A DNA stretch of 64,000 bases, taken from positions 13,863 through 77,862 of the forward strand of contig USDJ01000006.1 of NCBI GenBank assembly GCA_900553395.1, in the 5' to 3' direction. Made by a program: the position numbers and the translations under genes. The notes under the pieces are model-generated. The model made no database searches. It had not been told where the DNA came from and saw nothing but the letters and a program-made list of their open reading frames with translations. The stretch comes from an uncultured Mycoplasmatota bacterium (GTDB lineage Bacteria; Bacillota_I; Bacilli_A; RF39; UBA660). Shown here in pieces: positions 39,330 to 49,591 of the stretch (position 1 is the first letter of the stretch; each line of letters begins with the position of its first letter).

Positions 39330-40372
39330 TTAAAATTCCTCTCTTTCTTGTGATCAAATAATATATCCGTGCTAAAAACAAATAACATAAGGCTTATCAT
39401 AAGTATTCCATATATTATATATCCAATTTCTTTATCTACTAAAAGCCATATAATTGAAGCTACTGAAAATAAAGTAGTAATTAAATATATTATCAAAACT
39501 GTAGTCCTTATACTACAATTCCTTCTTAATAATTGATGATGAAAATGACTCTTATCTGGAGTTCCAATACTTTCACCCTTTAATTTCCTTCTTATTATCG
39601 CACAAACAGTATCAAGAATTGGTACCACAAGTATGCAAAGAGGAATTATTATTGCTGACGTAAGAATTGTTTTAAATCCTAAAAGTGTTATAACAGAAAT
39701 TATAAAGCCTAAAAACATAGAACCTGTATCTCCCATAAATATCTTTGCTGGATAAAAATTATGAGCTAAAAATCCTAATGTTGAGCCTAACATTATAAAT
39801 GTTATTACAACAGACAATCCAATTCTACCTTGATAATAAGCTATTATTCCTATAGTAAGGAAAAATATAGAGCTTATTCCACTTGCTAGCCCATCAAGCC
39901 CATCTATTAAATTCATACAATTAATACATCCCAAAATAAATAATATCGTAATGGGATATGCAAAAATTTTAAAGTCGATATAAAATCCTAAGAAACTTAC
40001 GTCTCTTAAAAGTAAATTTCCATAAAATACTACTATAATTGCAGCGAGTATTTGCCCTACTAGCTTATGCGAAGCTTTCAATGGCTTAATATCGTCCAAT
40101 ATCCCAGTTATAATTATAACAAAGCTTCCTATTAATATAGAATTCATTATAGCTGTGTGCTCGCCAAAAATCATATAACCTAGCAAAAAACCAGAATATA
40201 TACCAAGGCCACCCATTCTTGGCATAGGTTTAGTATGCACTTTTCTTGCATTAGGTATATCTAATGCACCTACGTGAAAAGCTATCTTTTTTATTATAGG
40301 TATTATACTAACAACAAAAACAAATGGTATAAATACCATACACAAAATTGTATTTAAGTTTATATTACTCAT
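39326..40372 (-). CDS. Polyprenyl-phosphate N-acetylhexosamine-1-phosphate transferase (WecA/TagO, MraY superfamily)
   Basis: Polytopic protein with ILDDIKPL, NCMNLIDGLDGLASG and IFMGDTGSMFLGF. Confidence 0.85.
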   Translation of the reverse strand: MSNINLNTILCMVFIPFVFVVSIIPIIKKIAFHVGALDIPNARKVHTKPMPRMGGLGIYSGFLLGYMIFGEHTAIMNSILIGSFVIIITGILDDIKPLKASHKLVGQILAAIIVVFYGNLLLRDVSFLGFYIDFKIFAYPITILFILGCINCMNLIDGLDGLASGISSIFFLTIGIIAYYQGRIGLSVVITFIMLGSTLGFLAHNFYPAKIFMGDTGSMFLGFIISVITLLGFKTILTSAIIIPLCILVVPILDTVCAIIRRKLKGESIGTPDKSHFHHQLLRRNCSIRTTVLIIYLITTLFSVASIIWLLVDKEIGYIIYGILMISLMLFVFSTDILFDHKKERNFK

Positions 40373-40507
40373 CTTACCACCAACCTAATTATATCATATT
40401 TAAGCTTTTTTACAAATAATTTGACATCTTTTTCAATAATTATTGCATATGTGATGTTAAATATTTATTTTTACAAGTAAATAAGTTATAATATTTATGG
40501 TGATAGT

Positions 40508-41128
40508 ATGAAAGATAAAAAGATAGATTTAAGTGGAATTAAAGAAGACGATCTTGACAAAACTGCAAATTTTTACGACTTAATGTCAAGAAAAGAAAAA
40601 AGAAAAGCTAAAAAAAGTACTGAAGAAAATTCAGATAATAAGCAAGTAAACAATGCCAATAATAAAGATAATGATATAGAAGAAATGATCAATGAAAAAC
40701 GCAAAAGTACATCAGACTTATCTTCCAATATAAAAATCGCTAAAGAGGAAATTAAAAAAGGCGAATCTAAAAAAGATGAAAATCTTGGAAAAACTCAAAT
40801 TTTAGAACTAACTAGGCAAATGAAGTTTAATTTTGAAGAAAAGAAAAAAGAAGTAAAAAATGAAAAGAAAAAAGGAATTTCAAAATTAAACATAATCGGC
40901 GAAGTAAACTTAATTTGTATTGGATATTATATATATTTATTAATATTTACGAACTATCAGGATAAAGAACTAAATTATATGATAACAGGTGGAATAATAG
41001 TTATGCTTGTCTTACTTTTCGGATTATCTGTTGTCACTAAAAAAAAATTAAGTAAGGCTTTCATGGTATTAAACATAATTGCTATTATTAGTTTTATAGC
41101 ATTTAATATATATTCATTGATGTATTAA
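40508..41128 (+). CDS. Lys/Glu/Asn-rich protein with three C-terminal TM helices, unknown function
   Basis: One of only two plus-strand genes. RBS GGTGA lies upstream. The N-terminal 130 aa are low-complexity and charged. Confidence 0.5.
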   Translation: MKDKKIDLSGIKEDDLDKTANFYDLMSRKEKRKAKKSTEENSDNKQVNNANNKDNDIEEMINEKRKSTSDLSSNIKIAKEEIKKGESKKDENLGKTQILELTRQMKFNFEEKKKEVKNEKKKGISKLNIIGEVNLICIGYYIYLLIFTNYQDKELNYMITGGIIVMLVLLFGLSVVTKKKLSKAFMVLNIIAIISFIAFNIYSLMY

Positions 41129-41155
41129 AAAAATCTAGATTAACTAGATTTTTTT
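41127..41155. terminator. Bidirectional terminator between convergent genes
   Basis: AAAAAAATCTAG-ATTAA-CTAGATTTTTTT forms a 10-12 bp stem that overlaps both stop codons. Confidence 0.7.
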
Positions 41156-41621
41156 AGTTGGTTATATATTTGACATATTGTAGCTTTTTTTCTGGATCAG
41201 ATCTATAAATATATTTTGATGGGTTTTTTAATCCTTCAGTATTTAAGTCTGGATCAAACATAACCAAAGCCTCTTTTTCCTTAGATGAAATAAATACATC
41301 ATCTGCTATATCATATAATCCCAAAACTTTAATTATTTCTAATATTCCCTTTTCGTGATTATACTCATCATAATATATTAAAATTCTTCCGTCTTTATAT
41401 GCTATTCTTAAATCACTTAGTTCTAATGGAAATCTTCCAAGCAAAAGTTTTTTATCTTTCAGATGTAAAACTACATCATAATATTCTTTATTTGATCCCC
41501 AAAATCTTTGAGTTGTAACAAAGGCATTTTCACCTATATTATATATAAATGGAGCCTCGTAAATTACTAACGGGTTATATTCTCCAATATTTGCTTCATT
41601 ACTATTTAACACATTCTTCAC
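41154..41621 (-). CDS. Hypothetical cytoplasmic protein
   Basis: 155-aa ORF overlapping the end of the upstream GT4 gene by 20 nt. I recognise no motifs. Confidence 0.45.
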   Translation of the reverse strand: MKNVLNSNEANIGEYNPLVIYEAPFIYNIGENAFVTTQRFWGSNKEYYDVVLHLKDKKLLLGRFPLELSDLRIAYKDGRILIYYDEYNHEKGILEIIKVLGLYDIADDVFISSKEKEALVMFDPDLNTEGLKNPSKYIYRSDPEKKLQYVKYITN

Positions 41622-42618
41622 CTTTCAATACAGATTCATATATGCTAATAAGTTTCTTGCCAACATCCTTTATATCTCTTTTTAATGCCACTTTATATCC
41701 TTCCTCTGTTAAATCTGGAAGTTTATGTTCAAGTATTTTTTTTATTTTATCTTCGAATTCATCTAAATCTTTTGCCTTATATACATTAACTCCATCTTCA
41801 AGCCAAATAGAAAATACTGGTATATCCCTTATTAAGGCTGGTATTTTTGCAGCACATGCTTCTATTATAGGTATGCCTTCTGTTTCTTCAAGCGTTGGAA
41901 ACAAATATAAATCACATCCACTATAGGCACCTCTTAGTACACTTGGCTCCACATATCCAGCAAAGACTAAGTTTGGCAATTTAGTCGTAACAGCTTTCCT
42001 TATTTTTAATGGACTTGCTGCAAGTGGTGAATAGCCAAACCATATAAATTTATATTGTGGAAGCCTCTTAGCTAGCTCTACAAAATCTAAGATGCCTTTT
42101 CTTTCTATGTATAAGCCTACTCCCATAATAATTTTATCACTTTTTTTATAGCCAAATTTTTCTCTAAATTCTTTCCCTAATTCATCATTATGTTCAAAGA
42201 ACTTAACATTAATACCATTACTTATATCAGTAATAGGTTTTTTTATACCATAATTTTCTAGTAGTTTCTTTGAATATGGCGTAGGGGTTAATATATGGTC
42301 ACCAAGTGAGTAGCATTTAATTAGCCATTTTTTAAAAATAGGAGCCACTTGATTAGAAAGTACAAATGAATTTCTGAAATCTTCTTCCGTTGAATGAGCA
42401 TGATACACTACTTTTTTTCCCATCTTTCTAGCCTTTTTAGCTAAATTATATGACTTTGGTCCATAAAAATTTATATGTACAATATCGTAATCATCATTAG
42501 GATCGGTAGTATACGGAATATTATTTTCCTTTAAAGCATTCATTTGATGTTTAATCGCTTTACCCAAACCACTTTTACCAATCATTTTTTCATTTTCTGT
42601 ATATAACAATACTTTCAC
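41602..42618 (-). CDS. Glycosyltransferase family 4
   Basis: KVLLYTENEKMIGKSGLGKAIKHQ at the N-terminus and EETEGIPIIEACAAKIPALIRDIP. The likely start is GTG at 42618 after GGTGA, because the longer track ORF adds a non-homologous leader. Confidence 0.75.
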   Translation of the reverse strand: MKVLLYTENEKMIGKSGLGKAIKHQMNALKENNIPYTTDPNDDYDIVHINFYGPKSYNLAKKARKMGKKVVYHAHSTEEDFRNSFVLSNQVAPIFKKWLIKCYSLGDHILTPTPYSKKLLENYGIKKPITDISNGINVKFFEHNDELGKEFREKFGYKKSDKIIMGVGLYIERKGILDFVELAKRLPQYKFIWFGYSPLAASPLKIRKAVTTKLPNLVFAGYVEPSVLRGAYSGCDLYLFPTLEETEGIPIIEACAAKIPALIRDIPVFSIWLEDGVNVYKAKDLDEFEDKIKKILEHKLPDLTEEGYKVALKRDIKDVGKKLISIYESVLKGEECVK

Positions 42619-42652
42619 TTGAATCACCAACTTAATTATAGCATAAAACATT

Positions 42653-42883
42653 TTAATACACAATATTTACAAGTATTACATCTTCACCTATTTTTTCTAT
42701 TTGATCCCATTTTATATTAACCTCTTTTTTGTTAGTAAAAAATGATATGATAAATCTTCTTTTTTCTACTATCAGTCCTATAGCTTTACCTGATTCATCT
42801 ATACTCATATCTATTATATTTCCTATGTTTTTACCATCCAAAAGATTTATTACTGTTTTATTTTGCAAATCAGAAAGCCTCAT
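42653..42883 (-). CDS. YlmC/YmxH-family sporulation protein (PRC-barrel)
   Basis: 76 aa, MRLSDLQNKTVINLLDGKNIGNIIDMSIDESGKAIGLIV...IKWDQIEKIGEDVILV. Confidence 0.8.
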   Translation of the reverse strand: MRLSDLQNKTVINLLDGKNIGNIIDMSIDESGKAIGLIVEKRRFIISFFTNKKEVNIKWDQIEKIGEDVILVNIVY

Positions 42884-42911
42884 GATATCACCAATATATT
42901 ATATGATTAAA

Positions 42912-43379
42912 CTAGTCAGATGTCCCTAGTTTCAATATTTTTTTTAAATATAACATTTTATTTATAACGAGTTCTTCATTTTGCCTTATCTTAAGTCCTT
43001 GCTTTTGAAGTGAAAAAGAAAAATGTGTATCTTTAATTATTTCACCATCAACATTACACAAGTCAATAGCATTATAATCTTCACCTTGTAAACTTTTATA
43101 AAAATCATTACCACTGCCAACAGGCACCACTGATAGCATTGCATCGCTCTTAGCTATTCCATTTACAATTTCAGTTAATGTGACATCACCACCTACACTA
43201 TAAATTATAGTATTTTTATCTCGATGTAACGAAGCAAATCTAGTTGCATCTCCACTTTTTAATGTATAATAAATTTTATAGTCTAAGCGTAATTCTCTAC
43301 AATACTCCTCTATTGCTTTTCCAGCAGATAAACCTTTACCACAGCCTGAAATAGGATTAACTATAAAAACATATTTCAT
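42912..43379 (-). CDS. Truncated diacylglycerol/lipid kinase catalytic-domain protein (possible gene remnant)
   Basis: MKYVFIVNPISGCGKG...SVGGDVTLTEIVNG...VPVGSGNDF is the DAGK_cat pattern with GGDGT changed to GGDVT. Only ~155 aa are present, versus ~300 aa in full-length family members. Confidence 0.55.
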   Translation of the reverse strand: MKYVFIVNPISGCGKGLSAGKAIEEYCRELRLDYKIYYTLKSGDATRFASLHRDKNTIIYSVGGDVTLTEIVNGIAKSDAMLSVVPVGSGNDFYKSLQGEDYNAIDLCNVDGEIIKDTHFSFSLQKQGLKIRQNEELVINKMLYLKKILKLGTSD

Positions 43380-43416
43380 ATAATCATCAAGGTAATTACA
43401 ACATATAAGTTTAATT

Positions 43417-44193
43417 TTAAACAATATTATTTTTTATATTACTCAAGGCACTTTTTTCTAGTCTTGAAATTTGTGCTTGAGATATTCCAAGTTCCTCAGA
43501 TAGTTCCATTTGTGTTTTACCAGTTAAATATCTCTCTATTATGATAAATTTTTCTTTATCTTTCAATTTTTTTATTGCTTCCTTTAAAGCAATTCTATCA
43601 TCTATTTGCTTCATTTTACTAGCCTTATCTTCTATTTGATCTGATAAATATATAGTATCTCCACCATCATTATAAATAGGCTCAGATATACTTATAGTCT
43701 CTTTCATACTATCTAGTGCATTGCTAACATCAAATTCTGACATATTCATTTTACTCGCAATCTCTCTAACACTCGGCTCACGGCTTAATTCATTAGTTAA
43801 TTCTTCCTTTACTATTAACGCATGGTATGCTATATCTTTTATACTACGAGCTATGCGTATGCTTGAATTATCTCTCAAATATCTTTTTACCTCGCCTAAT
43901 ATCATAGGTACAGCATACGTTGAAAATTTCACATCAAAACTAAGATCAAAATTATCTATAGCCTTAATTAATCCTATGCAACCAACTTGAAACAAATCAT
44001 CCATATTGTCAGTGCGATTATTATATTTTCTAAGTATACTTAAAACCAACTTTAGATTACCATTAACCAAGTCTTCTTTAGCAAATATGTCTCCTTCCTT
44101 ATACTTTCTAAATAAGTTAGTCATTTCCTCATTCGTTAAAACTTTTAAATTCGCAGTATTCACGCCACATATTTCAACTTTATGACGTGCCAT
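43417..44193 (-). CDS. sigG: Sporulation sigma factor SigG
   Basis: MARHKVEICGVNTANLKVLTNEEM...LVNGNLKLVLSILRKY...DDLFQVGCIGLIKAIDNFD..VKFSTYAVPMILGEVKRYLRDN closely parallels B. subtilis SigG. Start ATG at 44193 follows AAGGAGA. Confidence 0.88.
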   Translation of the reverse strand: MARHKVEICGVNTANLKVLTNEEMTNLFRKYKEGDIFAKEDLVNGNLKLVLSILRKYNNRTDNMDDLFQVGCIGLIKAIDNFDLSFDVKFSTYAVPMILGEVKRYLRDNSSIRIARSIKDIAYHALIVKEELTNELSREPSVREIASKMNMSEFDVSNALDSMKETISISEPIYNDGGDTIYLSDQIEDKASKMKQIDDRIALKEAIKKLKDKEKFIIIERYLTGKTQMELSEELGISQAQISRLEKSALSNIKNNIV

Positions 44194-44295
44194 AATATCT
44201 CCTTTCAAAAATATTTTGAACAATAAGGAGATATTTTAAACAATTTAAATAAAAATAATATATCTACATTATGTAATTTGTTTTTTAAATCAAAA

Positions 44296-44331
44296 AAGAC
44301 TTATCTTTAGTTAATACTAAAAACAAGTCTT
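44296..44331 (-). terminator. Intrinsic terminator after fhs
   Basis: AAGACTT...AAGTCTT outer stem with a TTTAGT-TAAT-ACTAAA inner stem, followed by TTTTTTG on the minus strand. Confidence 0.6.
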
Positions 44332-44343
44332 ATTATATAGAAT

Positions 44344-45954
44344 TTAAAATAATCCTTCTATATTATTATTTTTATCAATTTTCATGTTTAAATATGCAGC
44401 ATTTTTTCCTAGACCTGGCATAGTCATAATATTACCCATCATAACTACTATAAATCCAGCTCCACTCGAAATCTTTATGTCAGTTACCGTCATATCAAAA
44501 TTTTCTGGAGCTCCTAATAGTTTAGGATTATCTGAAAATGAATATTGAGTTTTAGCAATGCATATAGGATATTTATCTAAGTTATTTTTCTCTATTAAAG
44601 CTATCTTTTCCTTAATATCATCATTTATAATAACATTACGTGCTCTATAGATTTCTTTTGAAACTTTATTTATTTTATCTATTATACTATCACTATAATT
44701 ATATAAAGGTTTATAATCTATATCATTATCGCAGATTTTAACAATTTCTTTTGCTAATTCTTTAGCACCTTTACTTCCATCTTTATATGATGTAGAAACT
44801 ATTGCTTTATATCCTAAATCTTCAACATGATTTATTATATATGATATGTCTTGTTGAGTATCTGAATCAAACTTGTTTATACATATCACAATATTTTTTG
44901 TATATTTACTAATATTTTCTATATGTCTATCTAAGTTTGAAATTCCAGAACTAAGAGAACCATCACCATTATATTTTAATGCTCTAACAGTGGCATTAAT
45001 AACAACGCAATTTGGTTTAATATTAGCTTCTTGACATTTTATGTCTAAAAATTTTTCAGCACCTAAATCTGCACCAAATCCTGCTTCAGTAACAACATAA
45101 TCGCATAAACTAAGACCAAGCTTGGTTGCAATTATTGAATTGCATCCGTGTGCTATATTAGCAAATGGACCACCGTGTATTAATGCAGGATTATTTTCTA
45201 AAGTTTGAACTAGATTAGGTTTCATAGCATCTTTTAATAGGATTGCTATTGCTTGAACACAATTAAGTTCTCTAGCAAATATCATTTTATTGTCTTTAGT
45301 GTATCCGATTAAAATATTACCTATTCTATTTTTTAAATCCTCTATATCACTAGCAAGACATAATATCGCCATGATTTCGCTTGCTACTGTAATATTATAA
45401 TGATCAACTCTTTCTAAACCTTTGTTATCGTATTTGATAACAACATTTCTAAGAGCTCTATCATTTAAATCAATACATCTATTAAATACAACTTTGTCAA
45501 TTCCAAGTAAGTTACCTTGATATATGTGATTATCTATAATAGCACATAATAAATTGTTTGCAAGTTCTATTGCGTGGATATCTCCAGTAAAATGTAAGTT
45601 AATATCTTCCATTGGGACAACTTGTGAATATCCTCCACCAGTGGCGCCTCCTTTTATTCCAAAGACCGGTCCTAGTGATGGTTCACGCAATACTACTATA
45701 CTATTTTTACCTATTGCTCTTAGAGCGTCATTTATACCAATACTCATAGTTGTTTTACCTTCACCATATGGAGTAGGATTAATAGAAGTAACTAATATAA
45801 GCTTGCTACCAGCTTTTTGATTTAAATTTTTAATATTTATCTTAGCCTTATATTTTCCGTAGCACTCCAAGTCTTCACTATCAATATTTAATTTATTTGC
45901 TACTTCTTCTATATCTAATAATCTGCACTCTTTACTAATTTCAATATCAGTCAT
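44344..45954 (-). CDS. fhs: Formate--tetrahydrofolate ligase
   Basis: TSINPTPYGEGKTTMSIG P-loop region and GGPFANIAHGCNS. The likely start is ATG at 45954 (MTDIEI) after GGGTGA. Confidence 0.92.
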   Translation of the reverse strand: MTDIEISKECRLLDIEEVANKLNIDSEDLECYGKYKAKINIKNLNQKAGSKLILVTSINPTPYGEGKTTMSIGINDALRAIGKNSIVVLREPSLGPVFGIKGGATGGGYSQVVPMEDINLHFTGDIHAIELANNLLCAIIDNHIYQGNLLGIDKVVFNRCIDLNDRALRNVVIKYDNKGLERVDHYNITVASEIMAILCLASDIEDLKNRIGNILIGYTKDNKMIFARELNCVQAIAILLKDAMKPNLVQTLENNPALIHGGPFANIAHGCNSIIATKLGLSLCDYVVTEAGFGADLGAEKFLDIKCQEANIKPNCVVINATVRALKYNGDGSLSSGISNLDRHIENISKYTKNIVICINKFDSDTQQDISYIINHVEDLGYKAIVSTSYKDGSKGAKELAKEIVKICDNDIDYKPLYNYSDSIIDKINKVSKEIYRARNVIINDDIKEKIALIEKNNLDKYPICIAKTQYSFSDNPKLLGAPENFDMTVTDIKISSGAGFIVVMMGNIMTMPGLGKNAAYLNMKIDKNNNIEGLF

Positions 45955-46088
45955 ATTATCACCCTTAATAACTATATCATAAACTAAAATTTTAGTAAAC
46001 AATTTAATTATATATACACATCTGCAAATTCTATTTTTATAGCTACTAAAAGACACCATGAAAGGTGTCTTTTACAATCTAACAATTA

Positions 46089-47048
46089 TCACTTTCTATA
46101 TTTTATTGCTTTAAAAAGTTTAATGGGGTTTACTGCACCTTGATCTGAACTTTCAAGTTCCGTTATCAATTTACTAATCATGTTATTACCATCATCTTTA
46201 TTTATCAATTCACGGCATTTAGCCTGTGCAGCATCAGTAGTTGTGCAACTACATATTTCTTGTATACTTGGTAAAATAAATTCTGGATCTTGAGAAGAAA
46301 TATTAATCAAAAAATCATAAGCATATTCGGCTATCTGCCATTTCTTCGAATGAGAAATGATTTTTGCGCATTCTAATGATATTCCCAAACTGACAAGAGC
46401 TTTATTACATAATACCTTACTAGTAAAACTAGAAATTTTAATATCTTCAATAGCAAAAATCAATTTTAAAAGTTCAAATAATTCGTAATTACCAGAATAT
46501 GGAAAATTACTTAAAATATAATTAGTAATTGGTAACATATTATAACTTCTCGAACTAACAAATTCTAATACTTTAAAAGTGATTCCTTCGTTAAGTAAAT
46601 ACTCATGGCTTAAAAGGATATATAACTCTAGAGCAGTTTTTTCAGTTCCACAAAAATTCATAAACTCTATCGCCTTCTTTGCTATACCAGCTTTCAAAAT
46701 TTTACTATTTGTTAAAATTTGATACGAATATTTCGCAATAAAATTGTGCTTAGAACTGTTTATTAACTCTGCCATTTCTATTGAACTGCCATTCATTATA
46801 GCTTGCTTATTTGTAAGCATTAAATAAGTTTCCTTAAATCTCATTTTTTTTAAAACTCCTAATGCTTCTATTGCCTTGGTATCGTCAGAATAACAATCAA
46901 TAATTATCATTGACATTTCAAAGGTTCCAGATGTTACTAGACTTTCTAATAATGCATCACTTCTTTTTAATACTCTTTCCATAGTATTCATATCAATATT
47001 AAATTTTTTAAAACAACCTAGTAATATAATAGCCGTTTCTCTTTTCAT
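46089..47048 (-). CDS. Hypothetical all-alpha repeat protein
   Basis: 319 aa with no TM helices. It has about four degenerate ~45-aa repeats (IAKYSYQILTNSKILKAGI / ALELYILLSHEYLLNEGI / FTSKVLCNKALVSLGI / IAEYAYDFLINISSQDP). Confidence 0.5.
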   Translation of the reverse strand: MKRETAIILLGCFKKFNIDMNTMERVLKRSDALLESLVTSGTFEMSMIIIDCYSDDTKAIEALGVLKKMRFKETYLMLTNKQAIMNGSSIEMAELINSSKHNFIAKYSYQILTNSKILKAGIAKKAIEFMNFCGTEKTALELYILLSHEYLLNEGITFKVLEFVSSRSYNMLPITNYILSNFPYSGNYELFELLKLIFAIEDIKISSFTSKVLCNKALVSLGISLECAKIISHSKKWQIAEYAYDFLINISSQDPEFILPSIQEICSCTTTDAAQAKCRELINKDDGNNMISKLITELESSDQGAVNPIKLFKAIKYRK

Positions 47049-47134
47049 AAATACGCCTCACTGACACGATATGTTATCAGAATTCAAGAAAAAAGTCAAA
47101 TAAAATGGATATAGTTAATATATTCTTTGAAAAA

Positions 47135-47154
47135 AAATTGACCAAAGTCAATTT
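47135..47154 (-). terminator. Intrinsic terminator after ftsZ
   Basis: AAATTGAC-CAAA-GTCAATTT forms an 8-bp stem directly after the stop, followed by TTTTTTTC on the minus strand. Confidence 0.8.
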
Positions 47155-48219
47155 TTAGAAGCTTCCTCTTCTTCTTAAGAAAGAAGGAATTATATCATCA
47201 TTATCATCATCTGAATCGCTATTGCTAAATGATGGTGTTGCTTGAGTATTATTTAATACTTTTTCTTCTTTATCATCATCAAATCCCGTAGCTATTACAG
47301 TTACAATTATTTCATCATTTAGATTTTCATTAATAACTGCTCCAAATATAGTATTCATATCAGTTTTAGCACTTTCTCTAATAACCTCAGCAGCTTCTTC
47401 TACTTCAAATAAAGTTAAATTGTTTCCACCAGTGACATTAATTATAGCATCTGTAGCTCCATCTATACTAGTTTCAAGAAGCGGACTTGATATTGCTTGC
47501 TTAGCAGCTTCAGTAGCCCTATTTTCTCCAACTCCTATACCTATACCTATAAGAGCTTTACCACGTTTTTCCATAACTGTTTTAACATCTGCAAAGTCAA
47601 GATTTATTAATCCAGCTACTGCAATTAAATCAGATATAGATTGTACACCACGTCTTAAAACGTTATCTACTTCTTTAAATGACTCCAAAAGTGGAGTTGA
47701 CTTATCTATTATTTCTCTTAACTTATCATTTGGAATAACAATTAATGTATCTACATTCTTTTTTAATTCTTCAAGACCAATTATTGCCTGATCCATTCTT
47801 TTTTTACCTTCGAATGAAAATGGCTTTGTAACTATTCCAACTGTAAGTGCTCCAAGCTCTTGTGCAATATTAGCTATAACAGGAGCTGCACCAGTACCAG
47901 TTCCTCCGCCCATTCCACAAGTAACAAATACCATATCTGCTCCAGATAAAGCCTCTTCTAATTCTTTTTTGCTTTCAAGAGCTGCTTCTCTACCTACTTC
48001 AGGTTTTGCACCAGCACCTCTTCCACCAGTTAAATTCTCTCCTATTTGAATCTTAGTTGGTGCTTTAGAACAATTTAATACTTGTAAATCTGTGTTAGCT
48101 ACTATAAACTCAACGCCTTTAACTCCCGATTCTATCATTCTATTAACGGCATTGTTTCCACCACCACCAACACCAATAACTTTTATCTTAGCAACTTGGT
48201 CCATTTCTAATCCAAACAT
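47155..48219 (-). CDS. ftsZ: Cell division protein FtsZ
   Basis: [17 protein letters not shown] and the tubulin signature [15 protein letters not shown]. Confidence 0.97.
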   Translation of the reverse strand: MFGLEMDQVAKIKVIGVGGGGNNAVNRMIESGVKGVEFIVANTDLQVLNCSKAPTKIQIGENLTGGRGAGAKPEVGREAALESKKELEEALSGADMVFVTCGMGGGTGTGAAPVIANIAQELGALTVGIVTKPFSFEGKKRMDQAIIGLEELKKNVDTLIVIPNDKLREIIDKSTPLLESFKEVDNVLRRGVQSISDLIAVAGLINLDFADVKTVMEKRGKALIGIGIGVGENRATEAAKQAISSPLLETSIDGATDAIINVTGGNNLTLFEVEEAAEVIRESAKTDMNTIFGAVINENLNDEIIVTVIATGFDDDKEEKVLNNTQATPSFSNSDSDDDNDDIIPSFLRRRGSF

Positions 48220-48230
48220 AATTTCCTCCT

Positions 48231-49478
48231 CTATTCGCTAAAGAAAAATCCAAAAATTTTTCCAAGCATTGAATCTGATGCATTTAATTTTTTATTAGCA
48301 ACAGAAGACATTTGATATGCTTCATTATCACTAACCATACTATAATCTAAATCTTTTAGTTTTAACTTCCCTATAAAGTATATTAAATTACCTATACAAG
48401 ATGAATAAATATTATCCCTTATTCCAAGCATTTTTACATTACCTATATTAGCATTTTCTCCAAATACGTCGTTAACGACATATTCAAATCCCGGCATATT
48501 GCTCGTACCACCTGTAATTATAATATAATCTATTTTTTTACTTGTCAATAGATTTATTTCTTTTTTAGCCTCAGTGAGTATTTCCTCTAATTTTTTTTGA
48601 ACTACTTCAGAAATCTCAAACTGATTAATCTTAAAATGATCTTCATATGCACTTTTTACTTCTACAATATCATTTGTACTAGCATTCTTTTTGTGAGCTA
48701 AAGCAAATTTTAATTTTAGTCTTAAAGATGTCGGTAAATCGACTTTATATGTATATGATATATCACTATCTACATTTCTTCCACCCAGGTTTATTATACT
48801 GCTTTTAACTAAAATACTCTTATTATATAAAGATACATTCGTTATATCACTACCTATATTAATTATTGCCCCTGTCTTATCTTCAAAATTTCTATTATTG
48901 AATGAATACAAATCTCCTATATTGTTTAAAGATATATCCACAACTTCTAGTCCAATGCTTTCAAGTAATCCTATTACAGAATAAACATTTTTCTTAGGTG
49001 TTGTAACAAGTACAGCACGGCAACCTAAAATATTGGCTTTCATACCTTTTGGATTTTTAATATAAGCATTATTATCAAGGGAATAATCTATAGGTAATAT
49101 TGTTACCATTTCCCTTAATGTATATGGATTTGACTTTAAGGCTGACTCTAGCGATTTAATAATATCCATACTTCTTACTACTTTATCTTGGCCTTGAACT
49201 TTAACACTACCATTTATTACAGAATACTCAGCATTGAAAGAAGGGACAGAAGTAATAACCTTTCTAATCCTTATATCAAGAGTATCTTCTACTTCTTTTA
49301 ATGCTTTTTTTATAGATTCAGTAGCTAATTCAACATCAGTAATTAAACCTTTTTTTATTCCTTTAGATTTATGAGATGATGAAGCTAGCAAATTTAATTT
49401 ATTTTGATATAATTCACAAACTACTATCTTTATAGAATCAGAACCAATATCAAGACTAGTATAAATGTGCTTCATCAT
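48231..49478 (-). CDS. ftsA: Cell division protein FtsA
   Basis: Actin-like ATPase with [12 protein letters not shown] and [12 protein letters not shown]. It sits immediately upstream of ftsZ. Confidence 0.9.
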   Translation of the reverse strand: MMKHIYTSLDIGSDSIKIVVCELYQNKLNLLASSSHKSKGIKKGLITDVELATESIKKALKEVEDTLDIRIRKVITSVPSFNAEYSVINGSVKVQGQDKVVRSMDIIKSLESALKSNPYTLREMVTILPIDYSLDNNAYIKNPKGMKANILGCRAVLVTTPKKNVYSVIGLLESIGLEVVDISLNNIGDLYSFNNRNFEDKTGAIINIGSDITNVSLYNKSILVKSSIINLGGRNVDSDISYTYKVDLPTSLRLKLKFALAHKKNASTNDIVEVKSAYEDHFKINQFEISEVVQKKLEEILTEAKKEINLLTSKKIDYIIITGGTSNMPGFEYVVNDVFGENANIGNVKMLGIRDNIYSSCIGNLIYFIGKLKLKDLDYSMVSDNEAYQMSSVANKKLNASDSMLGKIFGFFFSE

Positions 49479-49591
49479 ATCATCTCCTACAATCTATATC
49501 CTATTATACTATAAAATAAAAAAAAAGTAAAAACTTTTTTACCTTTTCTCAAATTTAATGATAAATTATCACTATTAGTCCAATAAACAGA

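Noticed and set aside
47135-47154. I considered whether the ftsZ terminator AAATTGAC-CAAA-GTCAATTT is a third copy of the TTGAC...GTCAA composite module.
   Set aside because: It shares only the TTGAC/GTCAA core. No -10-like hexamer lies at the right spacing and the flanks differ, so it is an ordinary terminator.
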